From Octopus vulgaris (taxonomy: Eukaryota): a stretch of DNA of 64,000 nt. A program made the position numbers and the translations under genes. Below are positions 26,932 through 40,692 of this stretch, in pieces. The stretch's first letter is position 1. Every line of letters begins with the position of its first letter. The DNA lies in the NCBI GenBank assembly GCA_951406725.2, contig OX597823.1, forward strand, positions 33,604,001 through 33,668,000, given 5' to 3'. The notes under the pieces are model-generated. The model saw only the letters and a program-made list of their open reading frames with translations. It searched no databases and had not been told where the DNA came from.

Positions 26932-27747
26932 TATCAGCCAATTGTTCATGCACTCTTTTACTTTGCCATTAATTTTCTTTTCTTTACAACAACAGTTGCT
27001 CTACTTCCCTTATGCCATTCAGCCTGGGTAGCATGCACGAGACCAGCAGCAAATGCTTTGCAAATGAAGTTTTTTACGACTCTCATGATTTTCAATGAAT
27101 TTCAGCATATAGTTGTTATTTGTTTCAAGATATTTGGCTAGTTCAGTTGTAGTGGTTTCATAAGAAAGTTCAAAGTGGATCAAGCCTTGACCTCCTTGGG
27201 CTCAGGGAAAATAAAGATGAGCCACATCTACCTTTGGCAGCTTACGTATTTATTTTTCTGTCAGTTTTCTTTACTTCACTGATATTCCAGTTCAACGCAT
27301 TGTTGCTATAAATAACAACTATAACTGCTAAGGAATTTATGGCTAACATCTTGTTATATGCATTTAGCTCAGATTTCAGAACTGCTAATATTCTCCTATA
27401 ACATTCCTTCCTGATCTTCTCTTTCATGTTTGCATACTGAAAAGCATGAACTTTCATTTATTCCCAGGTATTTATAGGTTCGTTTTTGCTCAAGTTCTTT
27501 TGTAACTATGTCAACATCTAACATGACTGAATTTGAGGTTTTCAACTTACCTTTCTTGAAAGTGGCCTTGGCACACTTGTTGAGACCAAACTCCATCGCA
27601 ATGTTATCATTAAATGCTTTCACTGTATGTAAAAAGACTTCAAGCTCATCATTGTCTTTGCTATATAGTTTTAAGTAATCCATATAAAATAGATGATGTA
27701 TTTTCTTTTTGTCAGTTATATAACCTATCCTGTACTGTTAAGTTCTG

Positions 27748-28088
<341 letters not shown>

Positions 28089-28092
28089 ATTA

Positions 28093-28166
<74 letters not shown>

Positions 28167-28759
28167 TGATATCATTGTAGGCATGAATAGTCTTACTCCA
28201 AATTTACTTTTTTTTTCTAGAAATGTAACTGAAAGACATAATTTTTATTTTGGATTTTATTTCACATAGAAACTTTTATTGAACATTTTGTGAGGTAATC
28301 CCCCTCCCCCGACTTACTGAGGTTAGAAAAAAGGTCTTTTATTTTTTTTTATATTTTCATTTTTTATTCTAGCATCTAGCACTCAAGCAAAAAAAAAGGT
28401 TTCTACTTTCATTAGCTCCATCCTTCAGAAAGATTACAATAACTAAAGCGAAACTGCACCAACAAAAACAAACTGTAAGAAATATATTTAAGAACATACA
28501 AATGAATTGAAGAACATGACAAAAAATAATAACACACCAATAGAAAAATACTGCATAGTAAACAACATGTTAGAAAATAACAAAATGCATTAACACCCTA
28601 TATCAGGTGTAGACATGTATAGCGAAAAGCTTGTTTCAAACAAAAAAATTTTGATATGGAATATTTTGCTGAAAGACTAAAAGCTTGACATCATTTTGTG
28701 CACAGGGCAAACACCAGCTTACCTCAATCTATCAGAAAAGTGTATGAGAGGAGGAAAGT

Positions 28760-29200
28760 ATTGTAGCTATGTTTTGCCAAAGCCCCGGGCGCATTATTTT
28801 TTCTGCTCAAGGAAGATTTAGAGACAGTCCCGGCAGATAATTTATGTGAAATATGCTTCAGTGAGAAAGTAAGGACTTATCACACCATTTGTATCATCTT
28901 TAAAACAGGACAGAGGAAAAGAGCTCACCTAAATTGCATATGACTAATCTGTCCATGGGCTTATCTCTGAAGGATCAACTTCAGGAATACTGGTGATGAT
29001 ATCAACTCCTGGCTAGTAGTCACTTTTGTGCAGATAGATGTAACACTTAGTGGGACCACCATGAGCATACAAGTCTTCATGACTCTGCAAGACCACAAAA
29101 CCATATCAGAGCTGTGTCCTGTAGATGGTGTTGAGAAGAAAACCTTAAAACCCAACTGTCTCACATGTGGATGCAAAGCCCATAGAAAGACATAGAAACA
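28760..29200 (+). pseudogene. Possible degraded LINE ORF1 remnant with a zinc-knuckle-like motif
   Basis: + strand reading ...KPNCLTCGCKAHRK resembles a decayed CX2CX4HX4C. Interrupted by stops and frameshifts. Confidence 0.25.
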
Positions 29201-31058
29201 CCAAAAGAAAAAAACAACAAGAACAAACCATGGAATCTTTTGGTCCTAAGGTATCACCTGGAATGACTCATGGGTTTGGCCCAGCCGCATTATCAGGAAT
29301 GAATCCTGAGATCTCAAATCCTCATTCTTCCAATAGCAATAGGTGAAGACTATGATCTTGGTCATGGATAGTAGGGAAAAGGGACAAACAAGAGAAATGT
29401 TGTTGAATTCAACTCAAACAGAAACAGCAGAGAAACGGCAGCAGCAGCAGCTGCATGAATAACAGTTACAGTAGGAGTCATCCGAATAGTTGAGCAGGTC
29501 ACCCCTCTATAGAAAAGAAACAGAGGAATCTGAGAGAAGTTGAAAGATGTCTGGAAGAATGAGAAGAGGGCTGTATTAGACATTCCACCAGACTTCTTGT
29601 AAGAAAGAGCTATAAAGAGTGCAATGTATCCATTTCTGGTAATTAAAGGTAGGTGAGTGGAATAGCCTGGGTGCACACATGCACGCACGAGTGTGCACAC
29701 ACACACACACATACACACAACACAGACACAGCTACACATCTTTACCTGTGTGTGTGTGTAAGAGAAATATGAAGTGATGTAGATTTTGTCATTTATGTGC
29801 CAGGTGACATGAGACAGTGGATGTAAAGTTCCACTCAATTATTCTGTATATCAGTGAAGAATCTACTCTCGTTCCAATGTAGATATGTTGGTTAATGAAT
29901 GGCAGCAATGAAAATGCTGGATGTGATTGAACAGTTGGTACCAGGTGGAATGTGTTTTCCTTGAAGAAGATTGCATAGTCTTGGAATATGAAAAATTGTT
30001 ACCTAGAAAACTGGTTCAAAATTGGTGTGAAGATCCTGATCATAGTGAAGGCCCAGGTGCTCCATATATGGCAACTCAAACCAGCTGATGGTCTTCTACT
30101 CACAATATAAGTCAAGATAACATGAAGCTACACTGCTACGCATACTACAACCATGAAGGCATCCTCAGTGATTGCCACAGGAACATCTGCAGCAATGATT
30201 CTGAAGACAGCAGCAACACTGTGGCGGATTGACCCCAGCAACACTGCATTAGCCAAAGTGTTCTCTTTTCAATACTAAAGAGTGTGATTGGAAGAAGATT
30301 TGGCTGTTATCTCTGCTTTGAATAATGAGGTAGGACAGTCCAAGGAGTTAAGTAATCTAGAATTGTTTTGTTTACTTTTGTAGTCAATAGAAGTACCTGC
30401 TGTGTATTGGTGTCAGTTAATCTACTTAGACGCACGTTATTACATAATTTGAAAAGGAAAAAAAGGAAAAAAAAACATTATGGCTTTATACCAAGTAAAC
30501 AGCAATCAGTGTTGTTGTTGTTGTTGTTGTTGGAGGTGAGTAGAGCCCGTAATTATGAGAGAAATAAACAAATTATATAATAGATAGATAACCCAAGAAA
30601 AAAGAAATAAGTATTAGTAAGAAAAAGATGATCTGATGTGATAAAGTGATGAGTGAAGCAATAGATATGTAAACAGATGAACTAAAAAAACATCTAACAG
30701 TTATCTTGTGGTGCAGTGTGTGAGAGAATGGATTGTATATTTTGTTAGCTGAGCAGGAATTTGGTCTTTGGTGGTGGCAGATTGTGAATGAGAGCAGGAC
30801 ATAGAGAGAGTGAGTAAGCGGGTGAGTGAGTTGGGAGAGAGAGAGAGAGAGAGATGAAGTGTGTTGGTTTGCAGATGAAACAGAGGAGGAGAGAGCAAAG
30901 TGAGAAGTTATATTTACAGTTTATTTATAAACTTGTAGATATTCATATGCATGTGTATGTATAAATGAGTGTGTGCATGTGTGTGCGTGCGTGTGTGTGT
31001 GTGTGTGTATATCTATCTGTCTATCTATCTATCTATCTGTCTATCTATCTATATATAT

Positions 31059-31105
<47 letters not shown>

Positions 31106-31396
31106 ACCACCAACACCACCTACCAACCTATATGTCTGCCTGCCTCTTTGTCTGTCTGTTTCTCTGCCTATCTGCCTATCTGCCTGTCTATATCTCTATC
31201 CATCTGCCTCTATTTTTCTGCCTGTCTGTTTGTCTTGTCTACTTTGCCTGTCTACATATCTGTCTGCCAGTCTGCTTGTCTGTCAATCCAAATTCAATGG
31301 CAGCTGACTCCAGGTTTGTGAGGAGAGTTTGAGCATTTGTGATTGTATGTGAGATGGGTGCAAAGTCATCTTGTTGTCAAGGTCATCAGTGAAGTA

Positions 31397-32114
31397 CAAT
31401 TTTTTGTGGTCATAGAACTTAGCTGTTCTTTCTAATGCATAGAATCTCTATAAGTGGATTCTCTATGTGTTTAAATATACACTATATCGTATGACTAATA
31501 TATAGTCTTTTTGACTAAAATTTTTTTACGCGTTAGACCACTGGAAATGTAAATTTTAATTGAATGTTTTTAATTTTAATTAAATTCCATTTCCCTTTGA
31601 TATGATTAAATACTGTAAGTTTTTGGATAATTTTCGGTTAATAAGTTGGCGGTTTTTTATTAGAGCCAACGAAGGACTGCGTCTGTGCAGTAAGTTTGAA
31701 AAGTTAGTTCGTATAAACACGAGACAGGTAGCCTTGTTTGTCTCGTGTGGATATGTTTAACACTAGGTTGGACCTGCTGAAGAAAATCAAACCTTGTGAG
31801 TTCTCCATGACTCGCTAAAAGATGATTAGAAACCAATTGGTCCAGGAAACTAGATGTTTTTCATTTCCAAATTTATTCCTGTCGAATTTTATCCCAATTT
31901 TTTTTGTGGTCATAGAACTTAGCTGTTCTTTCTAATGCGTAGAATCCCTATAAGTGGATTCTCTATGTGTTTAAATATACACTATATCGTATGACTAATA
32001 TATAGTCTTTTTGACTAAAATCTTTTTACGCGTTAGACCACTGGAAATGTAAATTTTAATTGAATGTTTTTAATTTTAATTAAATTCCATTTCCCTTTGA
32101 TATGATTAAATACT
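31397..32114 (+). mobile_element. 500-bp-monomer partial tandem (about 1.4 units) HHR cassette
   Basis: Near-identical ~218-bp direct repeat (31397-31614 / 31895-32114) flanking a unique segment that holds the HHR. Ends in (TA)n. Confidence 0.8.
31773..31846 (+). ncRNA. Type-I HHR with complete core and extended stem II
   Basis: cctg-CTGAAGA-a-aatca...tgatt-a-GAAA-ccaattgg-TC-cagg. Palindromic stem III ACCAATTGGT, GUC triplet. Confidence 0.8.
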
Positions 32115-32254
32115 ATTTATATATACATATACATATATATATATACATGCATATATATATATATACACGCACACACACACATATATATATATATACATAT
32201 ATCATCATCATCGTTTAACATGATGATGATGATATATGTATATATATATATGTG

Positions 32255-32326
<72 letters not shown>

Positions 32327-32369
32327 CATATATCATCATCATCGTTTAACGTGATGATCATGATATATG

Positions 32370-32439
<70 letters not shown>

Positions 32440-32720
32440 CACACACACACACATATATATACACATATATATATATACACACACACACACATATATATAT
32501 ATATACATATATAAGAGATAATGGTGTCATTGAGACCCAAGGCGTCAGGTAATGCTGAATAAGTGCTATAGACAGACCATAGTTAAGTTCCAGATTCGGT
32601 AATATAGTGAATAAAGGATTCAACGTTGGGTCTATGTCAGCGTGTGTATATATGAAGTTTTTGGGTAATGAGATAAAAAAACCAAGGCTGTATAGATATT
32701 AGAGCATTTATAGATAGAAG

Positions 32721-32772
32721 GTCTTACAGCTGTTTCTAGGATATTAATTAATAATATCCCTTCATCGGAAAC
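32721..32772 (-). ncRNA. Type-I HHR variant (CCGAUGA core) within a TA-flanked element at about 32513-32940
   Basis: gttt-CCGATGA-a-gggatatt attaatt aatatcct-a-GAAA-cagctg-TA-agac. Confidence 0.7.
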
Positions 32773-34765
32773 GGTGTGAGAGGAAAAATTAAGTCATAGT
32801 TAGTTTCGATGTGATACAAATAGAGAGTGAGGTGGAGGAAAGAAAATAGATGTAAGATATGTATGGGTATTGAGTTCGTAAATCCGTTTTATTGGCATAA
32901 TGGTATATATGCATTTATTCCAATATCCTTTGAGTAAAATCCAAAAGTCCAACAGAGTTCAATTCAACAAAAATGTTCAAAAGCTACTTACCACACAGCC
33001 ACTCCTGTGCCCTATACACCTGCCTATCTCTCTATTTCTGTCTCTATGTCTGATTGTCTCACTGTCTTTCTTTCCCTGTCTCTATCTCTCTCTTTGTCTG
33101 TCTCTGTCTATCTGCCTGTCTGTCATATTTAATTAGATATAGACCTTGTTAAATTACTCATATTTCTTTTATTTGCCTTAGAAACAAAGTTGCTGCCTTT
33201 GTCAGGAATTGAACTAAAAAGTGACATGTTCAGGTCATCAACCTGAATACAGTTACTGTACAAATAAACACCACCACTGCCATCAACTAACTACAACAAC
33301 ACAACTTCCTTCACCACTACCACCACCACCACCACCACTACCACCACTGCTACTACCACTCCTCTCCCACCCTGGATAAACCTCTAACACTTTAGATAAT
33401 CTTCATTAAAGCTAAATGACTTACATAATTATATTATTAATAACTACATTTCACTCATCTCTATCTCTCCCTCTCTCATTCACTCTCTTTCTCTCTTCTT
33501 CCTCTCTCATTCACTCTCTTTCTCTCTTCTTCCTCTCTCATTCACTCTCTTTCTCTCTTCTTCCTCTCCTTCATTGCTCCCCTCTCTCCCCTCTCAGTCA
33601 GTTAATATTCCTGCTATTAAAATTTTCTGTCATTAATATTCTCATAACTTAATACATTATAAATTAGAAAATTCATTATGCTTAATCAACAATTTAATAA
33701 TTATTGCAATTTCCTATTTAGTTTGGTCTGTCTTTACCAATCCAGCTATCTACACTTGTTTAACCTTTAAGTGGCTCTAATTAATTTTTCATCATGTCAC
33801 TGCGGCCGTAAGCAAAGAATAAAAATTAATATTTTAATATTGAAATTTCAAAATTTTAAAAATGCATATAACAATTAGCATCTTTTATTGGTAACTTTCT
33901 GCTTTCCACTTTTTGGATATTTTTGGTGAGACCCTTACTGACGACTGTTACTTCCGTTCGTCAGGGTGTTTTCGGTAAGTCCCTTATTGACAACTCTTAC
34001 TTCTTTCCCTTTCTATATTTTTGGTCAATCACATTTGAAAGATTCCCACTTCTGTTCTGTCATCATCATTTAACATCCACTTTTCCATGCTTGCATGGGT
34101 TAGAGGGATTTAGTTGTTGCAGATTTTTAACTAGCAGATACCCTCACCTGTTTTCCCTTGACCAGACATATTTCTCAATGAACGACACTGCCTGTTTGTA
34201 TGATGATGATGTTCATTTACAGCCATCACATAGTGTCAAAACAAAGCTTACACATGAATACCCACACATACACACACACATTCAATGTGCTTCTTTCAGT
34301 TTCTGTTTTCCAAATCCCCTCACAACGTTTTGGTTAGCCCAGAGCTATAGCAGAGGATACTTGCCCAAGGTATCACACGGTAGGACTGATCCTGAAACCA
34401 CATGGAGAAAGGGGAGGAAGCAAGTTTTTTAATCACATACCCATGCTTGCATCAAGAGTGTATTTTTTGGTAAATCTGTGGGAATTTGGACTTCCATCAC
34501 CTCAATATATTTTGGTAAATCACTCATGAAAGATACTCACTTCTGACCCATCATATATTAAAGGCACCTCATTCTCTCTTATCAGTTTCATCATCATTCA
34601 ACATTCATGTTTCATGTTGGCATGGACTGGATGGTCCGACAGGATCCAATCAGTGTGAAGACTGCATCCTACTCCAGTCTCTGCTTTGGCTATTTCTCAT
34701 GAGACAGCTGTATGTGATTGGAGGAAAATTTAGCTGCTATCTCTAGCTTCATGGAGGGTTTGATT

Positions 34766-35525
34766 ATAACCCTTTTGTTACCATATTTCTGTTAGAATAC
34801 ACTTGCCTTGCCTTAAGGTGGGGAGCTGGCAGAAACGTTAGCACACCAGCCAAAATGCTTAGTGGTATATTGTCCATCATTACGTTCTGAGTTCAAATTC
34901 TGCTGAGGTTGACTTTGCCTTTCATCCTTTCGGGGTCGATAAATTAGGTACCAGTTGCATACTGGGTCGATCTAATTGACTGGCACCTGCCCCAATAATT
35001 TCAGGCCTTGTGCCTATAGTAGAAAAAAAAATGAAAAAAAATACACTTGCCTTCATTTCAATTGATTTTTTTGAACAATGAAGAATTGAATAAAATAATT
35101 TTGTCATTTTGTTTTTGGATTTGGTTTGCAAGATTCCTTATGAAAGTTCATGTATTGAAGTATTTTCTGGTGTGTCTGGGCAAAGTCATTCTCTTTTGGT
35201 GCCTTATAATTTAACTCATTCACCGGTAAAATTTCCACTTATTCCTTATTTTTATTTTCCTAAAATTTTCGTTGCATCTTGCAACCTTTTCAATAAAAAA
35301 GAAGTAAGTGGTAATTTTACCAGTGAGTGTGTTAAATTATAAGGCACCAAGAGAGAGAATGACTCTCCCCAGACACAACAGGATTTTGTCATTATTAAGC
35401 AAATATTTAGAACACGAATTAATATGAAATCTTGATACCAAGATTTTATTTAGGTCATTTTAAAACAAATTTTTCCTCATGGAACGGAGGAGTTTTCTCA
35501 ACTGAGTTGGTATCAGCAGGGTTAA
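34766..35525. mobile_element. TTAA-type MITE with a nested SINE and a nested fold-back cassette
   Basis: Termini ATAACCCTTTTG / GCAGGGTTAA. The SINE at 34815-35030 is flanked by the duplication AATACACTTGCCTT. The insert at 35109-35382 is flanked by the duplication ATTTTGTCATT and contains the inverted repeat 35165-35383. Confidence 0.65.
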
Positions 35526-38239
35526 ACAGTTCCCTGGGGTCCTTATTAGTTTCTTTCTCTGCCACCGCCAACAGCAACAATAACAATCTCTGTTCAATGG
35601 ACATACAGCTATCAGGTGTCATATTTATTATGGAGTATGTAATGTTTTCTTTTAGATTTTTAGTGTTTAGTGTTATAGAATTTAGGCCTGTTACATTCCA
35701 GTTCAGTACTAAAGAACTATATATTATGTCTGACACCTATAACTGACACACACATGTTATGGCAATGTATTAACGGCATAGATAAAATTCTTGCTATTGC
35801 AATCAATTTAAATATTCTGTTTTGTTTTGCCATTTTTACTCAAGATATTAATTTTATTTACGTTTGTGCAGCTTCACACCCAGTTACACTTCAGTTGATG
35901 CCCAAACGCTTATGGTGTTGTATGACTTCTGCATTATCTCGATTTGAATCTTCTACTCAACTTACCATTCCATCTCATTGTTTTGTCGTCTTGTCATTTC
36001 TTCAGAGGCATCCGAATGCTTTTAATTTACACTCTGTATGTCACTTTACCTGTTTCAGTTACTGGACTGCAGCCATGCTGGAGCACCCTCTTTAAGGGCT
36101 TACTTGAACAAATTGACTCTAGTACCCTTTTTTTTTGAAACCTGATATTTATTCTGTCAGTCTCTTTGCTGAACCACTAAGTCACGGAGATGTAAACATA
36201 GCCACACTGGTTGTCAAGTGGTGGTGGTGGTGATGGGGACAAACACACACACACAGAGTCACACACACACAGTCACACCCACACACACATACTCATACAC
36301 AAAGTCTCACACACACACATGCAAAGTCACACACACACACACATATACAGAAAGTCATACATACACACACACATAGACCAGGTTTTCCCATCATAATTTC
36401 TGTCATCCCTTGTGAGGCATTGGTATGTCTGGGGTCTCTGGCAGAAGACAGCCACCCAATGTGCCATACATACAGTGAGACAGACTGAACCCAGAAATCA
36501 AGTGAAATTGCATTCATCAGGCAACTGTAAACATATGCTTCTCAATCTATCTGTATACTGAGAAAAACCCAACTGGTTTCAGTCCTATTTGGGATATATC
36601 TCTCTCAGGAACCATGTATTCTTTTGTTATCTGTCCACAATGCATACATGCATTATCACCACCATCACCACCACCACCACCACCACCACCATATAATCCT
36701 CTAATCAGCTATTATTTTTTGTTATTTTTTTCTGTATTAGAGATTATCCTACTTCAGTAGAATCCTTACTCCTTTAGACTTAGCTTCATTTCTCAAAAAT
36801 GAATTTCCAAAATAGCTCTAAGTTTTCCGTCCTGTTAATTTCCAATTTAGAATGCTTGTTTTAGAGACCAAAATTAACAACAAGCTAAACATTAAACTAT
36901 GAAAGATAATCCCAGACTTCTCAAGGTTGAGAGCCAAATAGAACAACTTCAAAAGAGAGTTAAAAGGGATTTTGAAAGTAGGAAAATATAATTCAAGCTG
37001 GAAATAAAAATGTATGTGTGTGTGTGTTTGTTTGTTTGTTTACATTCAAGGCTCAGTAAAGGTTGCTTCTTGGGAGGGATGTTATTATTGTCACTTGTTA
37101 TGTAAACAAATCACCTGCTTGCTTCATGCTTTTGAATATGCACAAAACAAGATACCTCCTTACTTGAAAAATAGGTAAGGATTAGCAACAGTTATGTAGC
37201 TTAGAATCTAATTTAAAAAATTGCAAAACTAAGTTAAAAGTTTTATTTTTAGAAAGTACATTGGAAATTTTAAAAAATGTGTGTGTTTGTTTACATTGGA
37301 AGTCTATGAATCTTGCCCACTGCAATTGGTGTTGTTGTTGCCATTTCTCTTGTCAACAAATCACCTGCCCACTTTACCATTGTTGATTTAGTGAACACTT
37401 GTAAAAAACAGGAAAAGGTCAACAACTAAAGGAACATCTAGTTGTAAAACAATGCCACAATGATATATTTGTCTCATTCATGCTAGCATTTGAAAACTGG
37501 ATGTAAAACCTTTTTCTTCAATGCTTATCTTCATCTATTTCTATATTGTTATTGTATGTTGCCCCATTGAAGATTTGAGGATAGTTTTTTAAAAAAATTA
37601 TTCCTTATTTACTCATGTATAACTCAATGTTTTACACCTGATTTTAATTGATAAAACTGAGGTGTGACTTATAAATGGGGCAAAGCTAAAACAATGACAG
37701 GAAAACAAAATTTGTACCAAGATTTAATGCTAAAATAGGGATATGAATTATACACAAGCAAATGTGATAATTTGGAGAGAAGCATTTTCTTCCCAGTATT
37801 CTAATTTTTAAATCTGTTGCTTAAAACGGATATTTATTGTTTTAAGCATTCATATGTTTGCAGTTATGTTTTTAATTTATTTACATTTACTTACCACACA
37901 GGATGTGTATCTTTTTCTTTTACTTTCCTCATTGGATTTATCTCTTGTCATCAGGGTTATCTTAGTTGCTTCACAACGTAGAGTATCTCGTGGAATGTGC
38001 TCAAATTCTAGCTGCACCACTGGCTTGATCCCAACATATTTCAAATGCAATTAATATATATACATTATTACAGTGGTTATAATATTCTCGTACCTTACTT
38101 TTCCACTTTTTCTTTTTAATGTCATATCTAGTAATATGTACACTATTTCTATAGATCTAATATATACATTATTACTGTCGCTGTACAGTATATACATTAT
38201 CACTATAGATATAAGATTTGATAATATATGCATAATTAC

Positions 38240-38721
38240 TGTGGCTGTGCTGACATGGCCAATGACAGTGCCGCCTGATTGGAACTCGTGCAGGTGGAAC
38301 GTTAAAAGCACATTCGAGCATGATCGTTGCCAGGGCCACGGATTGGCTTCTGAGCTGGTGGTACATAAAAAGCACCATTCGACCGTGATCGTTGCCAGTG
38401 TCACCTTACTGGTACATGTGCCGGTGACATGTGGAAAACAACATTTGAGCATGGTCATTGCCAGTGCCACCAGACTGACTCCCATGCAGGTAGCAAGTAA
38501 AAAACACCTTTTGAGCATGGTCATTGCCAGTACCATTGACTGGCTCTTGTGCCGGTGGCACGTAAAAGCACCCACTACACTCTCAGAGTGGTTGGCGTTA
38601 GGAAGGGCATCCATCTGTAGAAACATTGCCAGATCAGACTGAAGCCTGGTGCAGCCTTCTGGCTCACCAGTCCTCAGTCAAACTGTCAAACCTATGCCAG
38701 CATGGAAAGCAGATGTTAAAC

Positions 38722-38752
<31 letters not shown>
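38240..38752 (+). mobile_element. SINE with Meta-like domain (TGGTTGGCGTTAGGAAGGGCATCC), internal ~65-bp tandem array and (GAT)n tail
   Basis: About five ~65-bp units precede the conserved domain. Other copies at about 14870-15040, 21680-22010, 42095-42300(-), 44555-44720(-), 45783-46050(-), 60258-60617, 62680-62860 and 63611-63755(-). Confidence 0.7.
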
Positions 38753-40227
38753 TTATGCAAAGTCTTTCTCAATCCATTGGCTCAGAAGGCTGTTTTCTTG
38801 GATTCTGTGATATATGTATTCTCCATCCTCTGAACAGGATGCTGGCCCAATGCAGGATCACTTGTTTTTGCCAGCTGAGAGGGCTGGATCAATGTGGAAT
38901 GAAGTGTTTTGCTCAAGAACATAACGTATCTCCTGGTTCCGAAATTGAAACCACAGTTTTACAAACATAATTGTAACACCCTAAACTCTAAGCCATGTGC
39001 CTCCACTTCATATGCACATTATTACAACCCATATATACATATTATAACTATAGATACAAAATCTGGTTATAAACGCATTACTAACATTGTGGTGCATCTG
39101 GTAATACACACATATAGCGTTTACCTTCTACTTGTTTCAATCATTGGACTGCGACCATGCTGGGGCACTGAATTAAAGGGTTTTAGTCAAACAAATCAAC
39201 ACCAGGACTTACTTTCAAGTCTGGTACTAAGTCTATCAGTCTATTTTGCCAAACCACAAAGTTACAGGGATATAATCAAACTAACATCTCTCGCCAAGTG
39301 GTGGTGGTGTGGAGGACAAGTGTAGATAAACACACACATACACACACACACATTTGATGGGCTAGCACTCACAAGGCATTGGCCAGCTCAGAGCTGTAGG
39401 AGAAGACACTTGCCCAAGGTGCCTACATATTATTTCAATAGGTATCTTATACAAATAATATCCACATTATCAATATAGCTCCATTTAGCAAATGAAATGT
39501 TTGAAAACCCCATTTTGCAATACAGGTGAGAAGTTTGGTAAAATATGTAAGGTTATGTCAACAAAAGCTAAAAGAGTGGAGATATTGTATTACATTACAT
39601 AGGTTGTTTAATAATAATATTTCAGGCAAGATTCCCCTTCTCAAATACAGAAGAAAGGAAATACTCAAAGAGTTCAGAAAAATGTACTGTTATCAGGAGA
39701 ACCATCTGGTGTGTTGTTTAAGGATATATCTTTCATCTTTTATCTTTTACTTATTTCAGTCATAAGATTCTGGCCATCCTGGGGCACTGTTTTGAAGGGT
39801 TTAGTCGAAAAAAATTGACCCTAGTGTTCTTTTAAACTCTGGTTTTATTGATTTCGTTTTGCTGAACTGCTAAGTTAGGGGTCATAAGTAAACTAACACT
39901 GGTTGACAACATTGGTGGGGACAACTGCAAATGCAAAGATACACTTGTGGCATTCACAAAGCTTTTTAAACAACGGAACATAAAGATAAGCATTTCCATC
40001 AAACTTTTACTCCATATTTCAAAAGAAAACCAAAATTAGTTTGCTGATGATCAGAAATGAGAAATCTGAGGACATTGGAGTCTTTCAGTTGTAATGTATT
40101 AGAGAGTACTCTGTCTTATTGAGTCCTGTAACTTATCACTTCTGGTGAATCAGCATGTATCTACATCATCATCATTTAATGTCTGCCTTCTATGCTGGCA
40201 TGGGTAGGTTGGTTTGACAGGAAATTC

Positions 40228-40516
40228 GGTGGTATGGGCATGTGTTGAGGAGGGATGAGGAACATGTTCTGAGGAGGGTGCTTGAGTTTGAGGTAAATGG
40301 ACCACAAAAGCAAAGAAGACTGAGGAAAATGTGGAGGGGACAGGTGGAAGAGGAGATTGGAAGGGTTGACTTGAGAAGGGAGGACACCCAAAACCAGGCA
40401 AGATGGTGTGAGGGCAGTTGCTTGACATTGAGGCAGATCTGTCCACCCCCATTAATGGGGGCAAATCCTGGATTTAAAATGATGGATGATGATGATGATG
40501 ATGATGATGATAATGA
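40228..40516 (+). mobile_element. 3' fragment of an RTE-clade LINE
   Basis: RWYGHVLRRDEEHVLRRVLEFEVNG...RKMW...ARW C-terminal motif, followed by a (GAT)n tail. Confidence 0.75.
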
Positions 40517-40582
40517 CTAGACAGAAGACTGCATCAGGCTTCACTGGTTGCCCTTCCTAACACTAACCACCTTGCATATCTG

Positions 40583-40692
<110 letters not shown>

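Larger units (their letters stand above)
25690..27745 (-). mobile_element. Degraded R4/Dong-like non-LTR retrotransposon (RT plus restriction-like endonuclease)
   Basis: Fragments (HLFY)MDxLKLYSK...MEFGLNKCAK, YKYLGI, LAINSLAV, EGFILAAQDQSL, ETVEHLISGC and WDFPVHTDRTIKANRADIV. The 25692-25778 segment (KYKDLFIEIEKLCHL...TIPVIV) is on the + strand. Confidence 0.8.

Noticed and set aside
33720-33980. Unique-looking segment ending in CG|GTAAGT (possible exon)
   Set aside because: There is a strong donor but no convincing acceptor or ATG frame, and no PDE8 similarity.
35455-35736. 93-aa minus-strand ORF
   Set aside because: It overlaps the MITE end and has no recognisable domain or splice support.
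38270-38575. CRISPR-like periodicity of about 65 bp
   Set aside because: Whole units are homologous, with no unique spacers, no cas genes and a eukaryotic SINE context.
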